The position numbers and the translations under genes were made by a program. Of a stretch of DNA of 64,000 nucleotides, positions 1-12,059 are shown in pieces. Below the pieces are notes generated by a model. The model made no database searches. It saw nothing but the letters and a program-made list of their open reading frames with translations, and was not told where the DNA came from. Within the stretch, counting starts at the first letter, position 1, and the number at the start of each line of letters is the position of its first letter. The stretch is taken from assembly GCA_964016885.1 (NCBI GenBank), contig OZ024740.1, positions 122,760,001 through 122,824,000 on the forward strand, written 5' to 3'. The stretch is from Eledone cirrhosa. Taxonomy: Eukaryota.

Positions 1-57
1 TGAAATGGCCTAGGAGTAAATAGCAACAATACATTTTATTTCATATATATATAATAA

Positions 58-220
58 ATAATTGTTTCTACTTTTGGCACAAGGCCAGCAATTATCCCAG
101 CACATTGCTGGTACTTTATTTTATCGTCCCCGTAAGGATGAAAGGCAAAGTTAACCTCAGTGGGATTTGAACTCAGAATGGTAAGCGCCATAATTCTATG
201 CATCAAAGCATGGTGTCCGA
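58..220 (-). mobile_element. tRNA-derived SINE, family 1 (5'-truncated copy)
   Basis: Matches the full copy at 37654-37843: B box GAGTTCAAATC, central GCCTTTCATCC..GGGG.CGATAAAATAAAGTACCAG, 3' end GGCCTTGTGCCAAAAGTAGAAACAATT. Confidence 0.8.
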
Positions 221-311
221 AACAGTTATATAGCTTAAATAAAAGTTTGCATTAAGAGAAAGATAGTGAATACACTGTTGTACTTTTGGAGGGTTATACT
301 GCCAACTAAAT

Positions 312-600
312 CACATGCATCAGTTGTGTTTCACTTCAGTTTTATTAATCAGATAATTAACCCAGCAATCAAATGATTAATGAACTTTTTAATTAATTAG
401 TTTATCAAAGTTCTTTTGTCACAGCTTGTGACCTTATCTATGAATTTTGCTGTAAGTGTAAAAAAAGAGGGTGTGTCATGTGCATAACAGGTTGTGATAA
501 AATAACTTTGATTAATCAATTAATTAGTTGATTAACCAACTGCTTGATTGATTAATTATCAGTTTAATAAAACTGAAGTGAAACTCAACTAGTGAATGTG
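312..600. repeat. MITE-like foldback with long degenerate inverted arms
   Basis: Left CACATGCATCAGTTGTGTTTCACTTCAGTTTTATTAATCAGATAATTAA matches the reverse complement of the right end (CACATTCACTAGTTGAGTTTCACTTCAGTTTTATTAAACTGATAATTAA); similarity continues for about 115 bp; no ORF. Confidence 0.7.
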
Positions 601-1065
601 TGGCATGTCCCTCTCACTGTGATACAACATCCATTTCAAGAATTTGGTTAACAAACACAAAAATAAAGAACTACATAATGTTAGAGTCATAGTACTGAAT
701 GTAGGAAGCATAAAAATCTGATTAAAAATAATTATGTGTCAAAGAAACACATTTGTCATTGATTTAATTATCTCAGCAAGTACAGGAGATATGTTCACAG
801 TTTTACCCTATTTATGCCAAAATAATTATAATATTGGTCAATGACTAATATTAGTTTCTGCACTAAATAATAAATTCTAGTTAGATCTTCATCATTCACT
901 GCATTAAGTATGTTAACACTAACTTAACTATAATTTTCAAGCAGGAGATATCTCAGGACAATTTACTCCCTATCTAAAATGTGATGTGCTAAAAGTGATT
1001 AAGCCAAAGAGCAACCTCCTTAGAATTTCCCTTATTAGCTCAGGATTTATCAAAGTAATCTTCAT

Positions 1066-1530
1066 ACCATCATCATCATTGATATTTTACATTTGTTCTT
1101 CTATGCTTTGGACAGGGCTTTTGCAGCACAACATCTCTCTACTCATTGCAGTCGTTTATCATATCCTCTGTGAGCTGAAGTGTTTTGAGATTAGCTCTCG
1201 CAAACTCTGTCATCTTTGGCCTTCCACTACTGTAGCTCCCATCCACAGGGACTTCTTGACACTTTGTCCCCCAACAATCATCATCCATACATATATGTGC
1301 CCATACCAGTGCAGTCTTCTTTCCTGCACACTACATATAATTCCTCTTATTTCCAAGTTTTCTCTCAACTCATCTATGCTTTGACATTCATGCACATTTC
1401 ATATCTATTGAATCATCCTAACTTCAGTTCTCTCCAGACTTCACATATCCCCATATCCCCTGCATTCACTGCCTATGTTTCATTACCATCCAACATTACA
1501 CATCAGACTGAGGCATCATATAGCTAGCTT
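1066..1530 (-). mobile_element. Decayed 3' fragment of RTE LINE
   Basis: ORF 1210-1395 SIDELRENLEIRGIICSVQERRLHWYGH is homologous to the RTE C-terminus at 3021-3604; ends in a (GAT)n tail. Confidence 0.8.
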
Positions 1531-1977
1531 TTTTATACAAAATTCAGTGTCATTGACTTCTAGCTTAAAACATTCGATCTTGTATTTAAATAGAAGCATT
1601 CCAATATATTAAAAGCTGTTTAGGTTCAGAACCTAATCTATTAATTAAATTATTATTCGCATAGAAATTATTAATGCAAAACTTTGGAGAAGTCATTATT
1701 TAGGCTGTGTGTGCATTAATAAATAACATCGATACACTAAATTATTAGATACTTTGTGTTAAGATTGAATGATATGGCAATCATTAGATATTGCAGCAAC
1801 AAACATTTAATTCATTTTCCTATCTATATGAATGTTTAGCCATACAGGCCCCCAGTCATAGTGTCCCTTTTTAGGCAATATTCTACAGCCAGATGCCCTT
1901 CCTTATGTCAACCTTTTCAAGTGCTTCTTCCAAAATACTGGGGTATGATGTAACTATTCTCAACCAGGTACTCATTA

Positions 1978-2672
1978 CACCGTGTAACATATATTTTGTT
2001 CCCCGGTTCTAAGTGTCATTTCATGGTTTGTTATATCCCATTATTATAAACAAACACTATTATTTAATCAGAAGTTTGGGTTTGTGGTCAGGAGTTTGAT
2101 ATTTTGAAATTTTCATATTTTTCAAGAAAAAACACATTTTTTTTAAATTTATCAGTTCATATAATTAAATCAACAGAGTATATATTTATTTTATTAGACA
2201 AGCTTATCAAAAGCAAACAAGTGAAAACAAATAACACTTATAAAGCAGCTTATACATGTCAGAAATGACTGTATTTCCTGGATTTGCAGTTGTAGTCAAG
2301 GTCGCATTCCCGCACTAGGCCCAGATATATTCCCCCATCATTTTTTCATTGTAGTGGCCCTGGTACCTCCACTCTATCTCTTTCACATCTTGGTGGAATC
2401 GTTCACCTTGTTCTTCTGAGTAGGCGCCCATATTGTCCTTGAATTTTTCCAGGTGAGCGTCCAGCATATGGAGTTTAAGCGACATCCTGCATCCCATGGC
2501 GCCAAAAGCTTTTATCAGATCCTGTACCAGTTGCAGGTAGTTTTCAGCTCTGTAGTTGCCCAGGAAGCCCTTAACAACTGCCTTGAAACATGCTGTTCTC
2601 TCAATCCTATTGTGCTTACTGGAGAACTCGGTAGACTCAAACACCTTCTTTATCTGAGGTCCAACAAAAATA
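1978..2672 (-). mobile_element. Chapaev3-like (CMC) DNA transposon, 3' fragment
   Basis: C-terminal transposase motif MSLKLHMLDAHL..F..NMGAYSEEQGERFHQDV...E.RYQG (ORF 2315-2644), preceded by IFVGPQIRK; terminus reads CACCGTGTAAC at 1978, in line with CAC-starting Chapaev3 termini. Family name is from motif recall. Confidence 0.7.
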
Positions 2673-2875
2673 GTTTAGATAATTATCTAAACTATTTGTA
2701 AAATCTATTTTAACTGATAGAAGATAATATTTATGTGTTTAGTGAATTCAATCATCTAAAAGTTAGATAATGTGTGATGTACCACAGGGTTCCCCTTATA
2801 CTTACTACTCCTCTTATTCTATATTGTTTACTTCAATATAGCATGTAAATTTACAGTGAATTATTGTTAAGAATA

Positions 2876-3005
2876 ATAGCCATCAAAACGGGTTGAGCTC
2901 TGCCGTCGGGGTCATACTTTTTCCTATTTCCCACTCTACTACCATAAGTATTGAGTACTCTGGTGCGTTATGGTCCATTTGGTTCCTTACCACAATTCCT
3001 TTGTT
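2876..3005. repeat. Unclassified interspersed repeat (related copies inverted at 3704-3755 and 22653-22785)
   Basis: GCCATCAAAACGGGTTGAGCTCTGCCGTCGGGGTCATAC matches the reverse complement of 3704-3755; AAGTATTGAGTACTCTGGTGCGTTATGGTC matches the reverse complement of about 22684-22713. All copies abut (TA)n. Confidence 0.65.
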
Positions 3006-3020
3006 ATATATATATATATA

Positions 3021-3630
3021 TGGGAGATCAGATTAGCATGGGAGGAGGGTGTTCCGAGGCCATAGTATCTAGAATAAGGACGGGTTGGAAGAAGTTTAGG
3101 GAGCTGCTTCCTCTGTTGACGAAGAAGGGTTTCTCCCTGCGTACGAAAGGCCGGTTGTATGATGCCTGTGTGAGGAGCGCGATGCTGCATGGTAGTGAGA
3201 CATGGGCAGCAACCGCAGAGGATATGCGACGGCTGGAGAGAAATGAGGCAAGCATGCTCCGTTGGATGTGCAGTGTAAATGTGCGTGAACGACCCAGCAT
3301 AAATGTGTTGAGAGAGAAACTGAGTCTGAGAGGGATAGAATGTAGTGTACGGGAGAGGAGACTGAGGTGGTATGGACATGTGATGCGCATGGAGGATGAC
3401 CGATGGATGAAGAAGTGCCAGGAAATGCCAGTTGAAAGAAGACGTGGTAGAGGTAGACCACAAAAAACATGGGCGGAGGTGGTGAGAACAGACCTCAGAT
3501 CATTGAAGCTCACGGTGAAGATGACGAGGGACCGTGATGATTGGAGAGATGCTGTGCTGAATAAGACCCGTCCCACCCTTGCAAGCAGGGAAAAGCGGAC
3601 GTAAAATGATGATGATGATGATGATGATGA

Positions 3631-3634
<4 letters not shown>
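3021..3634 (+). mobile_element. 5'-truncated RTE LINE, young copy with open C-terminal frame and (GAT)n tail
   Basis: GWKKFRELLPLL..KGRLYDACVRSAMLHGSETW..RERRLRWYGHVMRM..RGRGRPQKTW, stop at 3604, then (GAT)n; embedded in (TA)n. Confidence 0.9.
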
Positions 3635-3705
<71 letters not shown>

Positions 3706-3813
3706 AACGAGTAGGACCCCGACGGCTGAGCTCAAGCCGTTTTGACGGCAAATTCTGGACTAAATGAAAATGTTTATCCTGGTAAATGAATAGCCGAGCT
3801 TCTCATTTCCTTC

Positions 3814-3902
<89 letters not shown>

Positions 3903-4546
3903 CATGTTAGCATGGCTGTGTGGTGAATAAGATTGGGTTGGGGTTTGATCTAGAATTTCTTTAAAACTTTTTTTTAATCTTCTGTATTCATGGCCCATGT
4001 CTCATTACAATGCAACACTGCAGTTTGTATATAAACGTTAGATAATCTACCATTTAAACTCAGTGAGAATCACTTTGTTGTCAACAAAATAACTGTTCTT
4101 TGATTATTTCCACCTCATTCATATTCTGGCTACTATACATTTGGTGCACTCTCTTCCACTGATAATTAAGAATAAGCATTGTTTAAGTTATTCCAAAAGA
4201 TTTTGACCAGCTCTGGTTATAGTAATGTTCTCCCTTGTCAACTTTTCAACACTTGATTACTTCTGAAGAAAGTTTCAGTCTTGAATTTGTGAGGATTGTC
4301 TCAACTGAATGTAATCTCACCCACCCGTCTCACTCACCATATCTGAATGTGAGACTATAGTTGTATGTATACTTTTATGCAAAGTGCTCCATTCAAGAAT
4401 CTTCACCTAACCTCCACATTATTTGTTTCTCCTTTTATTTATCTATTTGTTTTAATAACACTATCTATACTTAGTAGAATATTTTGTGTGCATATTATAC
4501 TGTGTATCAAGATATATATATCTATCATCATATATCATCTATATCT

Positions 4547-4595
<49 letters not shown>

Positions 4596-5469
4596 TCACC
4601 ATCATCAATATTTTATATCTGTCTTTCCATGCTGGCATGGAACAGATATATATATGTGTCTATATACATATACATGCATACACTTGAAATATTAATTTGA
4701 ACGATTCTTTTGTTGAATCATTCAAAATGAAACATGTTCACACTTTTAGAATCATTCAGATATATCCTTGTTATAAAATACATTTCACATGTGTTCCTGA
4801 TAATATTCATATGCATACACACAATTTAATCTCTGAATGTATAATACAGCTTAGCTGCACAGAACAGCAGTAACCTGTTAACTGATAGATATACAAACTA
4901 CAAACTATAAACTTCTCTCACTATATATGGCATATGCTCTACACTGGAATATCAATCATCTATTTGGCAGACAAACACAGTTTATACCTGAACCACACTC
5001 ACTGCATGTTTGATTAATTCTTTTTCTCCATTTTCTTGTTGAATATTGCATGTATATCCCTTCCTAATTCTTCCCAATTCTTAGTTGAGTAAATTCTAAT
5101 GTTATTTACCCACAAATCAGGCAAAGGTCCATTCAGATGAGGATTGAAAATGTTTGTTATTGCATCCATGCATCATTTCCTGTAGTTTTAATTTGACAGG
5201 ATGATATCTCATCATCTGAACTTCTTCATTTTATTTCTATATGTTGACATATTACTAATATATATCATTGCTAAAGGAATGAAGCTTGAGCCTTATGTAT
5301 CTTGGAGAGGTTAACTCAGTCATTTAAATTACTGATATGATCATGATAAAGTAAAAGTGCTTTTATAAGATATCAGCAATGAGTGTTGTGTAAGTAAGGT
5401 AGTTAGAGAGATTTTCAATAATGCCAAAAAATACCAAGAAAAGACAGCAACAACAACAACAATAATAAT

Positions 5470-6080
5470 CATTTCTGTTGAAGGTAAAAGGCCAGCAATT
5501 TGAAGGAAAGAAAAAAAAAATTGAGTAAACTGTCTACGGTAATTGACTGGTACTTTATTTCATTGAGTCCAGAAGAATGAAAAATATCATTAACCTTAGC
5601 AGGATTTGAACTCGGGATGTAAAAAGACATAATTAAATACCACAAATTATTTTTCTCCAATCTTCTAACTATTCGACCAACATATCATCTTTAATAGTAA
5701 TAATAATAATAATAATAATGATAATAATTGTTTCTACTTTTGGCACAAGGCCAGCAATTACCCAGTACATTACTGGTACTTTATTTTATCGACCCCATAT
5801 GGATGAAAGGCAAAGTTAACCTCTGAGGGATTTGAACTCAGATCATAATAGTAATAGTAATAATGGTTTCTGATTTTGACAAAGACCACCACTTTTGAGG
5901 AAGGGGAAATTCAATTAAATTGACTACAGTGCATTACCTGTATTTTAATCTATCAACCACACAAGATGAAAAGCAAGGTTAATCTGGGCTGGATTTGTTC
6001 TATGATGATAAAGGGCCATAAATATATGCTAGAGAGTATGTTGTCCAAGGTTATACTGATACTGCCAATCAACTGCCTTA
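5470..6080 (-). mobile_element. Three tandem decayed or partial SINE family 1 copies separated by (AAT)n
   Basis: Repeated TTTCT...AGGCCAGCAATT...GGTACTTTATTT...GATGAAA.GCAA.GTTAAC...GGATTTGAACTC blocks starting near 5470, 5727 and 5865. Confidence 0.7.
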
Positions 6081-6559
6081 TTATACTGATAATAATGTTT
6101 TTGATGTCAGAAATGAAGCTAATGAATCAAGCAAGGATGATTAGGAGGAAGGGTTGGTTAATTAAGGTAAAAGTAAAAGTGAACATTTAAGAAAACCAGC
6201 AGATGAGCAGCAAAAGGGAGGTTAGAGTAGAAAATTAAGTCGTTTCTACAGTTGAACTCAGAGAGAAAAATAGACAACAGAAGCAAGAAAATTATAATGA
6301 GACTATTAGGGCTGCTGAAGATTAAAGTTACAGTTTGAACCCTAGTACTGCTGAGGAGGGAGACAATTGAACCAATTGAATGATGGATTGTTTGCATTCC
6401 AAAGATGGCTTATAGATTTGATTAATGCCTCTGCAGAAAAAATCCTAGTGAATGAGAAGGGTAGATAGGGGTATAATAAATGAAATTGAAAAAAAAAATG
6501 CTAAATGTTTTCATACCACGTATCCAGTTAGAGGACATAAAAGAAACAAGGAATCTTAT

Positions 6560-7010
6560 GCAAGCAATTGCACTGCTTGTCGAGAATAAATTACAAGTGA
6601 CGAAAACAAAGCAGAGTAAGGCAACGACCCGGGTGGAAACAATGCATTGAAAATGACATAATATGGTTAAGAAAAGATTTAAGTTAAACTGAGCAATGGT
6701 TGAGAGGAAATTGGAAAAATGGACAAAAGACTGATCAAGAGATTAAACAAGAAGTATAAAATATGGAAGAATGGATTCTATACAATAATGGAACTGTTAA
6801 AACAGAAGATTTTGTCAAAAAGGCAGACGATAAGAAGGTGAACAGATGAACAGAAATGAGCATTTTGAGAATAGATTCTTCCAAAATAATCGAAAACAAT
6901 TCTTCTTCACTTTAAAAAGAGACAATGGGAAGGATTCTGTCCCTAATACTACCTAGGCCAAGACATTCTGGAATGGGATTGAGTTGCTGCATTTTAGGGA
7001 ACTTATTAAA
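6560..7010 (+). pseudogene. Decayed R4/Dong-like LINE fragment (pre-RT region)
   Basis: Translates through stops as KYKIWKNGFYTIMELLKQKILSKRQTIRR...ENRFFQNNRKQFF, homologous to KYSIK..LIEIIKQKVLAKATRIRR..NNMFKNNQRNFY of ORF 14051-14434. Confidence 0.55.
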
Positions 7011-7109
7011 CATGGTTGAAACCATCGCCTCTCCAGGTTTGAATAAAGCAGATTTCCTCCAGACAAGCATACAGAGTGAGATAATAGCACTGAGAGAGAG
7101 ATATAGAGG

Positions 7110-7275
7110 AAGAATCGACCCACCTGCAATTGACTGGTACTTTTTATATTGACGTCGAATGGATGAAAAGCAAGTTTAACCTCAACCGGATTTGAACGGA
7201 TAGACCAAGGTGCCGAAACAGACACCACACAGCATTATATCTGATGTTTTAACATCTCTGCCAATTCGTTGCCAC
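7110..7275 (-). mobile_element. Decayed SINE family 1 copy
   Basis: GACTGGTACTTTTTAT...GGATGAAAAGCAAGTTTAACCTC...GGATTTGAAC...CTGCCAATTCGTTGCC (reverse complement of the A-box head). Confidence 0.6.
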
Positions 7276-8732
7276 TGACTAGAATATAATAGAAAACACA
7301 ATGCACTCATCAGGAGCTGAAGTTGAAAAGAATGTATTGAAGGATTCTGACACTTTCTATTCATCATCGATTTTGCATCTTCCATGCTCATAGTCCAAGA
7401 CCAGATGGGCTGAATTAAAATCATCTTGCTCATATTCCACATTTGGCAGGATTTCTAAGGCTGGATGACCAGTTTAACACCAACCATCTTACCAAGTGTA
7501 ACAAGTATGTTTTTTCTGGGCTCAAGAAATACCCCTTTATAGTTTGGAGTAAATGCAGTTTATCATGGCCCGAGCTCTAGAGAGGCTGTCAAATGTTCAT
7601 GCAAACTGAAGTGTCCTCTCAGACCCTATATTTTCATAGCTCTTGCCAAACTCTGTTTCCTCAGGTCTCCAACTATGCTTACTTTATGTGTCACAATGAC
7701 AGTTATTGATTTATTTTTCTAAGAAAGAACTGAATTTTGCCACTGAAACTACAAGAAAAAAGAAATCATCTCAGTTTCCATTTGATATAGTGATTGGATA
7801 TCTATATTAGCTATTTAACCTGCACATCATATGTATAATAGTAACTGTTTCTGAGCTTCACAGTTCAATATTTAAAACAAATATTCTAAATTCTAAGTTA
7901 CCTCAAATAATCGCAATTATTATTATGGGCACAAATGCTCATCCGATGCTTTATTTGTTAGGGGTACATTTGTGACATAGGTTTCATTTAGCAAACCAAT
8001 CAAAGCTACTTCCAAATCAATGGAGAGCAATCTTATTTCAATTAGGTTAGAGATATTTGACCCAGGGAGTCTGTCATTTAATCTATTCATCTCTCTTGAT
8101 CTTTTTTCATCCCTCCACTCTCTCTCTCTATCTTTTTTCTTGTACTGGCAAAGATATTAAAAATATTTATGCTGGTATAGGTTTAGTTTTTGACTTGTCA
8201 GTGTATATTTGTCAGCAGTAGAAGGATTAAAAGCAAACTAGACAGCCATGTTGGTTTAAATATTAGTAATAGGTTGTTTAGATTAGATATGGTAATTCAT
8301 TTCAATAAGCAATCATTAGTTTTGCTCATCATTACTGCCATTATTTTCAGAATTCTCGATGCCCTATTTGAAAAAAGATGGCGTCAGATTTCTATGGATG
8401 TAATGGTGTTCAAGATATTCTCAAAAGCATTAGAAATACTCAGGATTTTTTTAGAGCAGTAATTATTTCAATGTTTATTTCTGTTTTTGCTACTTATTTG
8501 ACACACAGTAATATTATATCTTAAACATTGTTTAAAAACAATAATAGTTAATGATCTATGTTCCTATATTTTCAGAATTTTCATATTTATGTTTCCTGGA
8601 TTGTTTTTCAAAATAATATTTCAGTTATGAGAAAGAAAAATCCTCTGATTTTAGAGATTTTTTCTCATAATGTATTGCTAATGTCTGATAATGAATACTT
8701 AATATATTTATTTATGAGAGTGTTTGTGTGTA

Positions 8733-8788
<56 letters not shown>

Positions 8789-9211
8789 ATATATATATGT
8801 ATATATGTATGAGTGCGAGGTGAGAGAATATGCTCTGAAATCATTAGATGTGGCCGTCGAACCTGCGGGTCCAGAATCAGAGAGATCCACACAATGATCG
8901 CATCTCGAGCTGCCCGCCGCCGCAACAATTGTAACACACAATAAATTGAGTTCAGATGCATCACTGATTTTTCGTTTTCTATTATATATTTATATATATA
9001 TATATATATGAATGTATGTATAGTATATTTGGCAATATACCATATGTTTAATTAAAAATATTTAGAAGACCATACACTATCGGTTTTAAAGTAGTGACTA
9101 TGTGACTTACTTCTTTTCGGCGAAAGAGGGGAGAGAAGCTAACAGTCTGTTTCACGCTGGTTGGCAATCATCAGAGCCACGCATATGTATATATATATTT
9201 TTTATATATAT

Positions 9212-9543
9212 GGAGGCACATGGCTTAGTGGTTAGAGCATTGGCCTTGCAATCGAAAGGTTGTGAGTTCAATACTCAGACCGGGTGGTGTGTTGTTTCCT
9301 TGAGCAAGACACTTTATTTCACATTGCTCCAGTTCACTCAGCTGTAGAAATGAGATGATAGGGACTAGGGTCCCTATCATTCCACTGCAAAGTGGTCATG
9401 TAGGTGCCATGGCAAAAAAGCACCCAGCACTCACTGTAATTGAGGTTGGTGTTAGGAAGGGCATCCAGCTGTAGAAATCAAGCCAGAATCAGTTCCCGTC
9501 CCACCCTTGCAAGCAGGGAAAAGCGGACTTAAAATGAAATGAT
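9212..9543 (+). mobile_element. tRNA-derived SINE, family 2 (tRNA head, central domain, RTE-derived tail)
   Basis: A box TGGCTTAGTGG, B box GAGTTCAATAC, central GTTTCCTTGAGCAAGACACT; tail CCCGTCCCACCCTTGCAAGCAGGGAAAAGCGGAC is shared with the RTE end at 3567-3600; second copy at 48629-48965. Confidence 0.85.
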
Positions 9544-9617
9544 ATGTATATATGTGTATATATATATGTATATGTGTGTGTGTGAGTGTGTGTGTGTGTG
9601 TGCGTGTGTATGTATGA

Positions 9618-9892
9618 AGGTACATGGCTTAGTGGTTACATTGTTTAACTTGAGTGCATTGTGTCCTTGAGTAAACAATTTTTCTTTCTCCTGCCCACTC
9701 CTCTGGCAAAAAAGAATTATACTTGTTATTCAAAGATCCAGTCTTGTTACACACCATTTCATGCTGAATTTCACTTAGAACTATATTCAGGTTCACATGT
9801 CTGCGGAATACTTAGTCACTTGTATATAAATTTCATGAGCAAATTGTTCAGAAACAAAGGATAAACATCATGAGAACTGACAGACTGCCAGT
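9618..9892 (+). mobile_element. Old decayed SINE-like element
   Basis: Head CATGGCTTAGTGGTTA and GTGTCCTTGAGTAAA resemble family 2, but the 3' body differs. Confidence 0.5.
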
Positions 9893-9914
9893 GTATATAT
9901 ATATATTTATATAT

Positions 9915-9945
<31 letters not shown>

Positions 9946-10299
9946 CCGTTTAATGTCCATTTTCCATGCTTGCATGTGTTAGATGGGTCATCCACGTCAT
10001 AAGACAAGTCTGGCTAGATTGGCAATGCCGTACATTGCTCGGGCTGAACTGCCACATTTACAGTGTGGAAATGGATGGCACTGTAATGAGGAAGGACAGG
10101 CCAGTTGGCAATACTAAACACTGCTCATACTGGAACTGTAATTTGGGAGCTGCACCCACATTTAGAGTTTGGAACTGGATGACACAGTTATGAAGAGGGA
10201 CAGGCCAGTTGGCGATGCAATACTCTGCTCACAGTGAAACTATAGCTTGGGAGCCACAACCACAATTACAGTGAAGTGCTATATATATATATATATAAA

Positions 10300-10938
10300 T
10301 AAGAGGGATCAGATGTTGTTTACTCGAGAGGAGACTCCGTTGGTACGGTCACGTGATGCGCATGAAAGACGACAGCTGTATAAAAAAGGGCGATAAACAT
10401 AGACGGTAGCCACAGAGTAGGCAGACCCAGAAAAACCTGGGACGATTTGATAAATTCCGACCTCACACACTTACACCTCTCCAAGACAATGTCACTGGAC
10501 TGAGATCTTTGGTGCTTCACAGTTATACAGAAGACCCGCCTTGCCTAAGTACAAAGCGAAACCTACAGTCAGAGGCACCTCTAACAAAAATACACCCCCG
10601 TCCCACTACTCCCACCCCATCCACACCACCCCCTTAAATGTGAAGTTATGTTGGTACCACAACATCCAGTCCGAAACAAATGAGGTCGTGTAAGTGTCAC
10701 GACAAAAAAACACACAGTCCACGCTGTAATGTGGCCGTGTAGGTAACACGGTAAAAACCTCGCAGTCCACACTGTAAACGTGGTTGGTGTTAGGAAGGGC
10801 ATCCAGCCATAGAAAACCCGCCAGACAGTCTTATACGAGCAGGACAACCAATCTTGCCTCAAGTGGGAAAACTCCCGTCCAAACCCATGCAAGCGTGGAA
10901 GATGGACATTAAACGATGATGATGATGATGATGATGAT
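10300..10938 (+). mobile_element. RTE LINE 3' fragment with long 3' UTR and (GAT)n tail
   Basis: IRGIRCCLLERRLRWYGHVMRMKDDSCIK..VGRPRKTW, followed by a UTR matching 32650-33000; same family as the 32648-36906 element. Confidence 0.85.
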
Positions 10939-12059
10939 ACATTGTAATAGTTTTTCGATTTGTGTAATCTTTATTTCATTTATTTTTTATATTATTTTGG
11001 TTCCATTTAATCCCTTTTTTGTTTGATGTCATTTGTATTGCTAAGTATTTGATTTATTTGCTGGGCCTATGTCTTTAGTCCTATGCTTTGATCAGGATTA
11101 TTAGTTTGTTAAGCAGAACAGGATCACCATTGCTTATGGGGTAGATAAAAGTCCAATAATTGTATTAAGTCTTTTTAATTGTAGGTTATGTTTTATACCT
11201 TTTGTTAATATTCATAATATCATATTTCATTCTTTTTATTTTTTCATTATCAGGATTGCTTTAACTAATTTTGGTTTGATATCCAGTTAATGGTCATTTA
11301 TTTGGTCAGCTAGACCCATGGGTTCCCACTGTTAGTTTGATTAGAGTTATTGGTTTAGTAAGTAGCACACTTTTTAGATTATGTTAATTGTTAGGTTTTT
11401 GTATTCTTGGTATATAAATTCAATATTGAACATGTTTAGATCAACATGCTTCAACCTTTGTAACAAAATAGAAACCTACAAATACACTTACCTATGATTC
11501 ATACATTCATATAGAAATGTAAATGGATCTTCATCAGTTTAGATGATGAGTAAACAACTGTTTGGTGAACTTAGCTATGCATTTATAACCAGTACACTCT
11601 GTTAACTGGTTGTTGTTAAGAACATCCAGCCATAGAAAGCATGAAACCATGTCAATAATAGAATGTATGAACATTTAAACTTAGAAAGATGGACATTGAA
11701 TAATGATGTAAGTGACCAATTATTCTACAGAGATGACTATCCTTAGTGAAGTTTTAATTCGTGTGACGGAGTGTATAAGTACAGAACACACAAATGATAG
11801 ACAGACTTAGGAAGGAATATTATAGATATAGTAGAGTAATACTTAAAACAGCTGAATGCAAAAAATAATATAATAAGCATCAACTCTTTGGCTGCCCCAG
11901 TTATAAGTTATGGTGACAATATTCTTAATTGAATGATAAACAATTTAGCAAGACATAAATTCAAGAAGAAGAATAGCTGCATTTAGATTACACCACGTAA
12001 AATTTGATAGAGAAAATTATATGTTTCATGGATTATGGGAAATAGTAGTTTTATGTAAC

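Noticed and set aside
3028-3735. 235-aa minus-strand ORF and similar antisense ORFs (33323, 47360, 63381)
   Set aside because: Antisense shadows of transposon coding sequence.
4695-4745. Hairpin followed by GAAACATGTT, resembling a hammerhead 3' half
   Set aside because: No CUGANGA core or stem I upstream.
9212-9285. tRNA gene
   Set aside because: A and B boxes belong to a SINE head that continues into a repeat body; no complete cloverleaf.
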